DNA of 64,000 nucleotides, from assembly GCA_963775875.1 (NCBI GenBank), contig CAVZKP010000031.1:29720-93719 (forward strand). The letters run 5' to 3'. This document shows, in pieces, positions 10,029 through 18,884 of the stretch. Under the pieces are notes generated by a model. That model searched no databases. It saw only the letters and a list, made by a program, of their open reading frames with translations, and was not told where the DNA came from. Source of the stretch: an uncultured Alphaproteobacteria bacterium (lineage in GTDB: Bacteria > Pseudomonadota > Alphaproteobacteria > ATCC43930 > CGMCC-115725). Both the position numbers and the translations under genes were made by a program. Position 1 is the stretch's first letter; every line of letters starts with the position of its first letter.

Positions 10029-10306
10029 GTGCCCCGCGCCATCGCGGCGGCCGGACCTTAGCGAAATCTCAATTTCGCGGGTTCTTTATCCGGCGATCGA
10101 TGCGTTGCGTTACGATCTCATCGTCCCGGCCTCGGACCGGTCCATTCGGTCGATCCCGCAGCAAAACCGTCGCCGGCAAAGCCTCGCCGCACGATTTGGC
10201 CGATTATCGGCGCGAACAGCCCGGCAGAGGATTTGGCAGCGTGTTTCTGCGCGCCCGATACGGCGGAAAGCGGGGGTTCGTTTGCCACTTGCGGGCGCTC
10301 GCCTTG

Positions 10307-10807
10307 ATGCGGCTCGGCTGCTTGCGGCGCTATCGAGCGGTGAACTGGCCGCAGGTGGAGCGCCTCGTCTTTGTCTGCAAGGGCAATATCTGCCGCAGCG
10401 CATATGCCCAGGCCAAGGCTGCCTCCGATGGCTTTCCCGCCGTCTCTTTCGGGATCGAGGCGACCCCGGGCGCCGCTGCCGACGACAGCGCGATCGCCTA
10501 TGCCGAAGCCCGCAAGATCTCCCTGCGAACCCACCGCACCACATCTTTGCCAAGCTACTGCGCCCGGCTGGGCGACCTGCTGGTCTGCATGGAACCCGCC
10601 CATGCGGCGCTCGTCGGCAAAATCTTCGCGCGGCAGGGTCTGCAGATCACCTTGCTGGGGTTGTGGTCGCAGCCGCGGCGGCCCTGGTTGTTCGACCCCT
10701 ACGGCGCATGCCGCGGCTATTGGGGCACCGCTCTCGACATCATTGATAGCGGGGTAGAGCACATCACCGGCCTGATCAAACACAGCCGGGAGGGCGGCGC
10801 GCCGTGA
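10307..10807 (+). CDS. low-molecular-weight protein-tyrosine phosphatase / ArsC-fold phosphatase
   Basis: ORF 10100..10807. VFVCKGNICRS is the C-X5-R-(S/T) P-loop, and the DPY motif (FDPYG) lies near the C-terminus. The start is uncertain: ATG 10307 is used, and the frame is open from 10100. Confidence 0.7.
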   Translation: MRLGCLRRYRAVNWPQVERLVFVCKGNICRSAYAQAKAASDGFPAVSFGIEATPGAAADDSAIAYAEARKISLRTHRTTSLPSYCARLGDLLVCMEPAHAALVGKIFARQGLQITLLGLWSQPRRPWLFDPYGACRGYWGTALDIIDSGVEHITGLIKHSREGGAP

Positions 10808-12003
10808 CGCCGCAGAACCGCTCCGCTTACGCCGTCCTCGTCCCGTCGGCGCATTCGACTGCCGCAATCGGCGTCATTCGCTCGCTCGGCAAAGCGGGAT
10901 ACCGGGTCCATGCGGCGGCGGCGGAGCCGGTCGCGCTGGGATTGCGTTCCCGCTATGCCGCGCAGCGCGTCGTTCATCCGCCAACCGGCTCCCCGGCGTT
11001 TGCGAGCTGGTTTGCCGATTATGTCCAACGCCATCAGATCGCAATGATCATTCCCGGTGGCGGGTTTCATCCGTCCCACCCGGTCTTGCGCGACTACGCC
11101 CGGCTGTTCCCGATCGGCAGCGATCCGGCGGCGCTCGAAGCGACTTTGTCCAAAGCCGAACTCTTTGCCCGATTGGCGCAAGGCGGCAAAGCGCACCGGG
11201 CAAATCTGCCGCCGCTGCTGCTGGTCGATTTCGACCGGGACCTGCCTGCCGAAGTCGAACTCGCCGAGCTTCCGGCGCCATTGTTCATCAAGCTCGATGC
11301 TGCGCTGGCCCGAGACGGCGCCGGCGATTTGGTCATTCGGGTCGACAACGCGGCCGAGGCCCGGCGCCGGCTGGAACCGCTGGCCGCGCGCTACCGCAAG
11401 GCGGTGGTGCAGGGATATGTTCCGGGCCGCGGCGCCGGGGTGTTCTTGTTGCGCTGGAACCGGCAGATTCGCGCACGAATGATGCATCTGCGCCTGCATG
11501 AGATGCCCCATACCGGCGGCGCCTCCTCGCTGCGCCGGACCTGGTGGCATCAGGCGATGATGCGCGATGCCGAGCTGAAACTGACGCATCTCGATTGGCA
11601 GGGCGTGGCCATGGTGGAGTACCGCTGGGATGCGGCGACCGATCGTTTTTATCTGATGGAGATGAATCTGCGCTTTTGGGGATCGTTGCATCTGGCGCTG
11701 TTTGCCGGGGTCGATTTTCCCCGGCTCTTGGCCGACGCCTTCTTCTTCGACGAAATTCCGGAAAATGTTGTCGAGAATACAAAACAGGTAATCTGCCGGA
11801 ATACCTTGCCGTTCGAGCTCGGCTACCTGGTTTCCCTTTGGCGCGACCGGGATGTCCCGCTTGTGCGCAAGCTGTACGCCGGCCTCGAAGCCGTTACGCT
11901 CAGTCTGAACCCGCGGGTTCGCAACGATCTGCTTTTTCCAGGAGACCGAAAGCTGTTTTTTGCGCGGCTGAAAGATCTGGCGACTGGTACTTACCATATC
12001 TAG
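10804..12003 (+). CDS. ATP-grasp domain protein (carboxylate-amine ligase type)
   Basis: The GTG start overlaps the previous stop (GTGA). Signatures are AIGVIRSLGKAGYRV (pre-ATP-grasp), VVQGYVPG...GVFLL and GVAMVEYRWDAATDRFYLMEMNLRFWGSLHLAL (the E-x-N Mg/ATP site). Confidence 0.75.
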   Translation: MTPQNRSAYAVLVPSAHSTAAIGVIRSLGKAGYRVHAAAAEPVALGLRSRYAAQRVVHPPTGSPAFASWFADYVQRHQIAMIIPGGGFHPSHPVLRDYARLFPIGSDPAALEATLSKAELFARLAQGGKAHRANLPPLLLVDFDRDLPAEVELAELPAPLFIKLDAALARDGAGDLVIRVDNAAEARRRLEPLAARYRKAVVQGYVPGRGAGVFLLRWNRQIRARMMHLRLHEMPHTGGASSLRRTWWHQAMMRDAELKLTHLDWQGVAMVEYRWDAATDRFYLMEMNLRFWGSLHLALFAGVDFPRLLADAFFFDEIPENVVENTKQVICRNTLPFELGYLVSLWRDRDVPLVRKLYAGLEAVTLSLNPRVRNDLLFPGDRKLFFARLKDLATGTYHI

Positions 12004-12292
12004 CAGTATAAACCCGCGACTTTCGACCGTCGCTCCCCGCTCCTGTCATCCCGGCGCGGGTAGCCGCAGATAGGTGACCCTTATCTGCCATCGGCGCCGG
12101 CCTCAATGATAAAATACTTTGATAATTGGATCACTACTTTAGCCAATAAATATAGTCTGTCCGGAATACTTTATTAATACATCTCGGCAAAATTGGGCGG
12201 ATCGGCTGGCCGATCGCTCGCAAACCGACCACGGCGCGCACCGAATCCGCGGTCTACGGGAGACGGCCTGATCTCCTCCAGAGCAGGCCCGG

Positions 12293-13297
12293 ATGAGAGA
12301 ATTGTTATTGGGAGTAGCGCGGCGATGCGGAGTATACCGCCTCGCCCGACAGGTTACGCGCAAGCATCTGCGGATCCTCGCCTATCACGGGATATGGACG
12401 ACGCCGGGCTATCAGTACGGCAATCATCTGTTCATCACCCCCGAAGCCTTCGAACGCAGGATGGCGTGGCTGAAAAATTCCGGCTATCCGGTGCTGCCGC
12501 TCGATTACGCCGTGCAGCGGCTCGCCGAGGGCGCGCTGCCGGACTACTCGGTCGTCATTACCATCGATGATGGCTGGAGCTCGACCTACAGCCACATGTT
12601 GCCGGTTCTGGAAGCTCTCGGTCTGCCGGCCACGGTTTATGTCACCACCTGGTACGCCGAGAACCAGGTGCCGATCATCAATGTCGTCATCGATTACATC
12701 CTGAAGCGAGTCGGCCAATCTGCGTCGCGGGTATCGGCTCTGACCCGCGACATCCTGCGCCAGCCTCTGGGCGAACGTCAGCGGGCATTGCGGCAACTGG
12801 CGGCCCGCTTTGATGTGAGCACCGACGAATGGTGGGAAACCCGGCAATTTCACCTGATGAACATGGCCGAAATCGGCGACGCCGCCCGTCGCGGCCTCGA
12901 TATCCAATTGCACACGCATCGGCACACCATGGATGAACTCGATCGCGAGATCGCCGACAACAGAAATACCCTGGCCCGAGCCTGCGTCCGGCCGGCCTCC
13001 AGCTTTGGCCATTTCTGCTACCCGAGCGGCGAGTACGATGCTGACGATATTCCAATTCTGCGAACTGCCGGCGTCAAGTCGGCGGTGCTTGTCGATACCG
13101 GGACCAACGCCCCGACGGCGAACCCTTTCCTGCTGCGCCGCTTTCTCGACGGCCGGTCGATTTCCCAGGAATTCTTCGAAGCCTATTTAGCCGGCAGTTC
13201 GGAACTCTATGCGCGAGTTCGCCCGAAAAAGATTGCGGCGAGGGCGTCCGCTGCGGAAACCGTCGGAGACCGCGAGCGGCTACCCGCCGGCAGCTAG
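12293..13297 (+). CDS. polysaccharide deacetylase (NodB-homology, CE4) family protein
   Basis: LRILAYHGI...FITPEAFERRMAWLKNSGY.VLPLD...VVITIDDGWSSTY..MLPVLEALGLPATVYV. The TIDDG motif is the CE4 Asp-Asp metal/catalytic motif; later H-x-x-x-H (LHTHRH). Confidence 0.8.
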   Translation: MRELLLGVARRCGVYRLARQVTRKHLRILAYHGIWTTPGYQYGNHLFITPEAFERRMAWLKNSGYPVLPLDYAVQRLAEGALPDYSVVITIDDGWSSTYSHMLPVLEALGLPATVYVTTWYAENQVPIINVVIDYILKRVGQSASRVSALTRDILRQPLGERQRALRQLAARFDVSTDEWWETRQFHLMNMAEIGDAARRGLDIQLHTHRHTMDELDREIADNRNTLARACVRPASSFGHFCYPSGEYDADDIPILRTAGVKSAVLVDTGTNAPTANPFLLRRFLDGRSISQEFFEAYLAGSSELYARVRPKKIAARASAAETVGDRERLPAGS

Positions 13298-13336
13298 TGG
13301 TGCGAACCAGACGCTTACTCCCGGGTAGACCTGCGT

Positions 13337-13413
13337 CGAGATTGCTTCGCTTCGCTCGCAATGACATCGTAAGTGCTTGTCATTGCGAGGCGCACAGCGA
13401 CGAAGCAATCTCG
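13337..13413. repeat. REP-like palindromic intergenic element (two inverted copies of the TGTCATTGCGAG...GAAGCAATC unit)
   Basis: cgagattgcttcgcttcgctcgcaatgaca (13337-13366), an 11-nt loop, then tgtcattgcgaggcgcacagcgacgaagcaatctcg (13378-13413). This unit is a familiar multicopy intergenic repeat in Bradyrhizobiaceae-type genomes. It produces the spurious SLRAKRSN / IARRTATKQS ORFs in the track. Confidence 0.75.
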
Positions 13414-13496
13414 GTCAAGGTACGCACCGGAGGGAATCATCTGTCTGGTCTGCACAACAGAGTGGTACAATCTGAGCGATGGTAGCTCCGCTTATT

Positions 13497-13526
13497 GTCG
13501 TCATTCCCGCGGAAGCGGGAACCCAG
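13497..13526. repeat. second REP-type unit (GTCATTCCCGCGGAAGCGGGAAYCCAG hairpin)
   Basis: The hairpin is ttcccgc-ggaa-gcgggaa (13504-13521), within gtcgtcattcccgcggaagcgggaacccag. Confidence 0.7.
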
Positions 13527-13667
13527 GGCGGCCAAACACTGCGCCAGCGGCCCAGCTGCGCGGGGGTGACGGAAACGAAGAGGGTCACAACCACCGGCTG
13601 CTCGGGCGCAACCCCGCCAGCGGCATAGGGTGAGGCGGGTCGCTCCGCGCTCAGGCGGAGATCTGGT

Positions 13668-14615
13668 CTAGGGCAGGCGCGCCAGCCTTTCGGTCAGCAG
13701 CGCGTACAGCCGATCGGCGTCGACCGTGGTCAGAAAGCGGGCGTTGGCCTTGCGCCCGGTGACGCCCCACCAGTCGACCACGGTCATCCCCAGGGTCAGC
13801 GGGCTGGCGGTCTCGACCGCGATATTGACCTCGCGCCCGGCGAACAGCGCCGGGCACAGCAGATAGGCGACGACGCATGGATCGTGCAGCGCGGTTCCGC
13901 GCGTCCCGAACTTGCCGGCGCGGGTCTGCTCGAAAGCCGCCAGCAACGCGGCGACCGCCGGCCCGCAGCGATTGCCGAGCGCCGCCAGGGCCGCGATCCG
14001 CGGCGGCGTGCTGAGCACCTGATGGGTGACGTCGAGCGGGATCATGATCACCGGGATGCCGCTCTCGAGCACGATCTCGGCCGCATGCGGATCGGCATGG
14101 ATGTTGAACTCGGCCGCCGGCGTGATGTTGCCGATCTCGAACCCGGCGCCGCCCATGACCACCAGCTCGCCGATCCGCCCGGCGATGTCGGGGGCCTTGA
14201 CCAGCGCCATGGCGATGTCGGTCAGCGGCCCGAGGGCGCATACCGTGATGCTGCCGGGCTCGGCCGCGCGCAGGCTGTCGATCAGGAAATCGACGCCGTG
14301 CAGCGCCTGCAACGGCATTGCCGGCTCCGGCAGGCGCAGCCGGTCGCGCAGCGCGTCGCCATGAATCGCCGATGCGGCCGCTTGCGGGCGGACCATCGGC
14401 CGCGCGCAGCCGGCATAAACCGCGAGATCCGGGCGGCCGGCCAGCTCGCAAACCTGCCGCGCATTGCGCGCGGTCAGCGCCAGCGGCAGGTTGCCGGCAA
14501 CCGCGACAATCCCCAGCACCGCCAATTCGTCGGGCGCGGCCAGCGCCAGCAGCATCGCCACGGCATCGTCGATGCCGGGATCGGTGTCGATGATGATCTT
14601 GCGCGGCAATCGCAT
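13668..14615 (-). CDS. nucleoside hydrolase (inosine/uridine-preferring, IUNH family)
   Basis: MRLPRKIIIDTDPGIDDAVAMLLAL carries the DTDPGIDD Ca/ribose-binding motif. Also ...ITVCALGPLTDIA... and ...LHDPCVVAYL. 315 aa. Confidence 0.88.
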   Translation of the reverse strand: MRLPRKIIIDTDPGIDDAVAMLLALAAPDELAVLGIVAVAGNLPLALTARNARQVCELAGRPDLAVYAGCARPMVRPQAAASAIHGDALRDRLRLPEPAMPLQALHGVDFLIDSLRAAEPGSITVCALGPLTDIAMALVKAPDIAGRIGELVVMGGAGFEIGNITPAAEFNIHADPHAAEIVLESGIPVIMIPLDVTHQVLSTPPRIAALAALGNRCGPAVAALLAAFEQTRAGKFGTRGTALHDPCVVAYLLCPALFAGREVNIAVETASPLTLGMTVVDWWGVTGRKANARFLTTVDADRLYALLTERLARLP

Positions 14616-15053
14616 TTAGCCCAGGTCGAACGGGCTGCGAACGTCAACCCCGAGCGGGTGGAAATGACGCAGGTTCAGCGTCAACACAACCAGTTCACGC
14701 GATTTGGCAATCGCCGCGATCGCGACATCTGCGAAGCCTGGATGATGCCCGCCCGCCCGAGCTGCATCGCCGAGAGCCCCGGCAATTCGCGCCGCAGCCA
14801 AGTCAAAGGGCAGTACCCGGTCTGCGTAAAAGCTCACGATGCGTTCGAACCATCTGTCCAGTTCGTCCGCTTTGCGTCCGGACCCAGTTCGGCGCAGTTT
14901 GCTGATGCCGGCTTCGATCTCCGCGGCGGTGATCGCGCAAAGAAACAGTTTGTCGCTGCGCTCGTCGAACCAGACGGAAATTTCGGGAGCGATAGCCGGC
15001 CTGCTCGGGGCAAAGGCGCTCAGGACATCGGTATCGAGCAGCCATCCGGTCAC
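14616..15053 (-). CDS. vapC: type II toxin, PIN-domain VapC/FitB family
   Basis: The GTG start (15051-15053) overlaps the antitoxin stop by 4 nt (GTGA). VTGWLLDTDVLSAF...LCAITAAEIEAG...FADVAIAAIAKSRELVVLTLNLRHF carries the PIN acidic residues. This is the tail of ORF 14616..15314. Confidence 0.8.
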   Translation of the reverse strand: MTGWLLDTDVLSAFAPSRPAIAPEISVWFDERSDKLFLCAITAAEIEAGISKLRRTGSGRKADELDRWFERIVSFYADRVLPFDLAAARIAGALGDAARAGGHHPGFADVAIAAIAKSRELVVLTLNLRHFHPLGVDVRSPFDLG

Positions 15054-15292
15054 AGATCGGCCTCGCGCAGCGGCGACAGATCGCGCTCGATCTCCACCGC
15101 ATGCGGAATCCGCATCAGCAGAGCAGCAAAGCTCGGCCTGTCGCTCGGATACAGACGGCGCGCGTCCTCCATCGGCACGACGACTGCGGCAGGGCTGCCA
15201 TATTTGGTGATGACCGTGGCCTCGCCTCGCTCGGCTGCCTCGACGACGGCGGAGAGAGTGGCTTTGGCGTCGCGCAAACGAAGAATTCTCAT
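15050..15292 (-). CDS. type II antitoxin, Phd/YefM family
   Basis: MRILRLRDAKATLSAVVEAAERGEATVITKYGSPAAVVVPMEDARRL; 80 aa, immediately upstream of vapC. Confidence 0.8.
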   Translation of the reverse strand: MRILRLRDAKATLSAVVEAAERGEATVITKYGSPAAVVVPMEDARRLYPSDRPSFAALLMRIPHAVEIERDLSPLREADL

Positions 15293-15305
15293 GATTTGTG
15301 CCTGT

Positions 15306-15325
15306 TGTGACCATCTGTAGTCACA
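15306..15325. promoter_or_regulatory. inverted repeat upstream of the Phd-VapC operon (candidate autoregulatory operator)
   Basis: TGTGAC-catctgta-GTCACA lies 14-33 nt upstream of the antitoxin start codon. Confidence 0.35.
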
Positions 15326-15369
15326 TAGCGCGCCGGTCTCGCCGCGGCAAGTGCCGGCCGGTCAGCGGC

Positions 15370-16149
15370 TCAGCGGCGCAGCACCATCAGCTTTTTGATC
15401 TCGGCGATGGCCTTGGCCGGGTTCAGGCCCTTGGGGCAGGTGCGGGTGCAGTTCATGATGGTGTGGCAGCGGTAGAGCCGGAACGGGTCTTCGAGCGCGT
15501 CGAGCCGCTCGCCGGTCGCCTCGTCGCGGCTGTCGGCGATCCAGCGATAGGCCTGCAGCAGGATCGCCGGCCCCAGATAGCGCTCGCCGTTCCACCAATA
15601 GGACGGGCAGGCGGTCGAGCAGCAGAAGCACAGGATGCATTCCCACAGCCCGTCGAGCTTGTCGCGCTCCTCGACCGATTGCGGGCGTTCGCGGTCGGGC
15701 GGCGGCGCGCTGCTGCTCTGCAGCCACGGCTCGATCGAATGGTATTGCGCGTAGAGATGGGTCAGATCGGGCACCAGATCCTTGATCACCGGCAAATGCG
15801 GCAGCGGATAGATCCGCACCGTCGCCCTTGACCTCGTCGATCGCCTTCAGACAGGCCAGCGTGTTGATGCCGTCGATGTTCATCGCGCAGGAGCCGCAGA
15901 TCCCCTCGCGGCACGAGCGGCGGAAGGTCAGCGTGGTGTCGATCTCGTTCTTGATCTTGATCAGCGCGTCGAGAACCATCGGCCCGCACTGGTCGAGATC
16001 GAGCGCAAAGTGTCGATCGCCGGGTTCTCGGCGTCGTCGGGGTTCCAGCGATAGATCTTGAACTCCCGCACCCGCTTCGCGCCGGGCGGCGCCGGATCGG
16101 TCTTGCCGGGGCCGACCTTCGAGTTTGCCGGCAGGGTGAACTCACCCAT
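15370..16149 (-). pseudogene. sdhB: succinate dehydrogenase iron-sulfur subunit, frame-disrupted as assembled (2 shifts)
   Basis: Three frame segments make up the gene. First: [30 protein letters not shown]. Second: [52 protein letters not shown]. Third: [19 protein letters not shown]...[29 protein letters not shown]...[30 protein letters not shown]. The shifts are near 16008 (an A3 run where A4 would restore [19 protein letters not shown]) and near 15820. Confidence 0.9.
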
Positions 16150-16152
16150 CCT

Positions 16153-17950
16153 CAGTACACCCGCGCCTTGGGCGGGAACGCCTGCACCTCGTTCGACAGG
16201 GTGTAGAGGTGAACCGGGCGGTAGCCGAGTCTTGACCGCGCCGTCGGCGTCGAGCCACACCACCGTGTGCTTCAGCCAGTCCGGTGTCGTCGCGGTCCGG
16301 GTAGTCCTCGCGCGCATGCGCGCCGCGGCTTTCGGTGCGGTTCGCCGCCGAATGCAGGGTCACCACCGCCTGCTCCAGCAGGTTTTCCAGCTCCAGCGCC
16401 TCGACCAGATCGCTGTTCCAGATCATCGAGCGGTCGGTGATGCCGAGATCGGCAAAGCTGCCGGCCACCTCGTCGATCTTGGCCACCCCTTCCTTGAGCA
16501 CCTCGGCGGTGCGGAACACGGCGCAGTTGCTCTGCATCACCCGCTGCATGTCGAGCCGGATCTCGCCGGTCTTGCGCGGCGCCGTGCGAATGGCGCACCG
16601 CGTCGAGCCGATCGACCGCCTCTTCGCCGGCCGCTTGCCGCAGCGGCTTGTGCGGCGTGCCCGGCTGGACCAGCTCGGCGGCGCGATGGGCGGCGGCGCG
16701 GCCGAACACGACGATGTCGAGCAGCGAGTTGCAGCCGAGCCGGTTGGCGCCGTGCACCGAGACGCAGGCGGCCTCGCCGATCGCCATCAGCCCGGGGACG
16801 GTGCGCTCCGGGTCGTCGGCGGTCGGGTTCAGCACCTCGCCGTGATAATTGGTCGGGATGCCGCCCATGTTGTAATGCACCGTCGGCAGCACCGGGATCG
16901 GCTCGCGGGTCACCTCGACGCCGGCAAAGATCTTCGCCGTCTCCGAGATGCCGGGCAGCCGCAGATGCAGCACCTTGGGGTCGAGATGTTCGAGGTGTAG
17001 CAGGATGTGGTCCTTGAGCGGGCCGCAGCCGCGGCCTTCGCGGATCTCGATCGTCATCGCCCGGCTGACGACGTCGCGCGAGGCCAGATCCTTGGCGTGC
17101 GGGGCGTAGCGCTCCATGAAGCGCATCGCCCTCGCTGTTGGTCATATAGCCGCCTTCGCCGCGCGCCCCCTCGGTGATCAGGCAGCCGGCGCCGTAGATG
17201 CCGGTCGGGTGGAACTGGACGAACTCCATGTCCTGCAGCGGCAGCCCGGCGCGCAGCACCATCGCATTGCCGTCGCCGGTGCAGGTATGCGCCGAGGTGC
17301 AGGAGAAATAGGTGCGCCCATAGCCGCCGGTGGCGAGGATCACCAGATGGGCGTGGAAGCGGTGCAGGCTGCCGTCTTCGAGGTTCCAGGCCATGACGCC
17401 GCGGCAGGCGCCCTCCTCGTCCATGATCAGGTCGAGCACGAAATATTCGACGAAGAACTCGGCGTTGTGCTTCAGGCATTGCTGGTAGAGCGTGTGGATC
17501 AGCGCATGCCCGGTGCGGTCGGCCGCGGCGCAGGCGCGCCGGGCCGGATCGCCGTCGCCGTAATCGGTCATGTGGCCGCCGAACGGGCGCTGATAGATCC
17601 GCCCGTCCTCGGTGCGCGAAAACGGCACGCCGAAATGTTCGAGCTCGATCACCGCCGGGATCGCGTTGCGGCACATGTATTCGATCGCGTCCTGGTCGCC
17701 GAGCCAGTCCGACCCCTTGACCGTGTCGTACATGTGCCAGCGCCAGTCGTCGTCGTCCATGTTGCCGAGCGCGGCGCTGATCCCGCCCTGCGCCGCCACG
17801 GTATGGCTGCGGGTCGGAAACACCTTGCTGATGCAGGCGGTCTTGAGCCCGGCGACGGTGCAGCCGAGGGTCGCGCGCAGCCCGGCCCCGCCGGCGCCGA
17901 CGACGACGACGTCATAGATGGTGATCGGTGATCTGATAGGCCGGCGCCAT
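16153..17950 (-). pseudogene. sdhA: succinate dehydrogenase flavoprotein subunit, frame-disrupted as assembled (about 5 shifts)
   Basis: The segments are: [11 protein letters not shown] / [41 protein letters not shown]...[13 protein letters not shown] / [23 protein letters not shown]...[10 protein letters not shown]...[20 protein letters not shown] / [22 protein letters not shown]...[16 protein letters not shown] / [17 protein letters not shown] / [23 protein letters not shown]. Junctions are near 17917, 17128, 16574, 16282 and 16226. Confidence 0.9.
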
Positions 17951-17968
17951 CGCGCAACTCCCGGTCGG

Positions 17969-18365
17969 CTAGCTCGCGGTTCCCAGCGCCAGGGTCAGCA
18001 CGGCGACAATGCCGGCGACGGCAAAGGCGATACAGGCCAGGCGGGTGAGGATCACCAGGCCGAGCCTGGCGAGCTCGCCATGGATATAGTCCTCGATCAC
18101 CACCTGGAGCCCGAGCGATGCGTGATAAAAGGTCGCAATCAGCAGCAGCACCAGGCAGATCGCCGGCAGCGGCCGGCCGGCCCATTCCTGGACGGTGTCG
18201 AAATCGGCGCCGATCAGGCCGATAATCGCGATCGCGAACCACAGGGCGAGCGGCACCAGGGCCACCGCGGTGATCCGCTGCGACCAGCCAGTGCTCGACC
18301 CCCTCCTTCGCCGAGCCAAGGCCGATCGCCCGGCCCAGCGGCGAGCGCATCCGCGATGCCGCCAT
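17969..18365 (-). pseudogene. sdhD: succinate dehydrogenase membrane anchor subunit, frame-disrupted as assembled (1 shift)
   Basis: [26 protein letters not shown] in one frame, then [69 protein letters not shown]... in another. A single extra nucleotide lies near 18287. Confidence 0.85.
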
Positions 18366-18366
18366 C

Positions 18367-18760
18367 TCAGCCGACCCAGCGCGAGATCCCGGCGACCCAG
18401 GCGATCACGGTCAGGATCGTCGCCGCGGCGACGACGATCCAGCCGCCGATATAGGTGGATCTGAGGTCGAGGCCATGGCCGGTATCCCAGACCAGATGCC
18501 GGATGCCGTTGCACAAATGATAGAACAGCGCCGCAGCTCCAGCCGAGCAGCAGCACGATCCCGAGCCACGAGCCGAGAAAATCTGCGACCCCGGCATAGG
18601 CCTCCGGCCCCGACGCGGCGGCGACCAGCCACCACACGATCAGGATGCCGCCGGCGCTCAGCGCCACGCCGGTCGCCCGGTGCAGGATCGACAGAACCGA
18701 GGTGAGTTGCCAGCGATAGATCTGAAGGTGCGGCGACAGCGGCCGGTCGGCGGATCTCAT
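18367..18760 (-). pseudogene. sdhC: succinate dehydrogenase cytochrome b556 subunit, frame-disrupted as assembled (1 shift)
   Basis: [45 protein letters not shown]...LLLGW in one frame, then [50 protein letters not shown] in another. The junction is near 18536. Confidence 0.85.
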
Positions 18761-18884
18761 CTACAGCGGTCCCGGCATCGACATTCCTCGGCAGTGCGGC
18801 GGCGGCCCGGTATCAACCAGGCAGCGTGGGTGACTTAGACCGCGCTCTCGAGAGTGTCAACGCACGCCCGTGCGCGGCAGCGCT

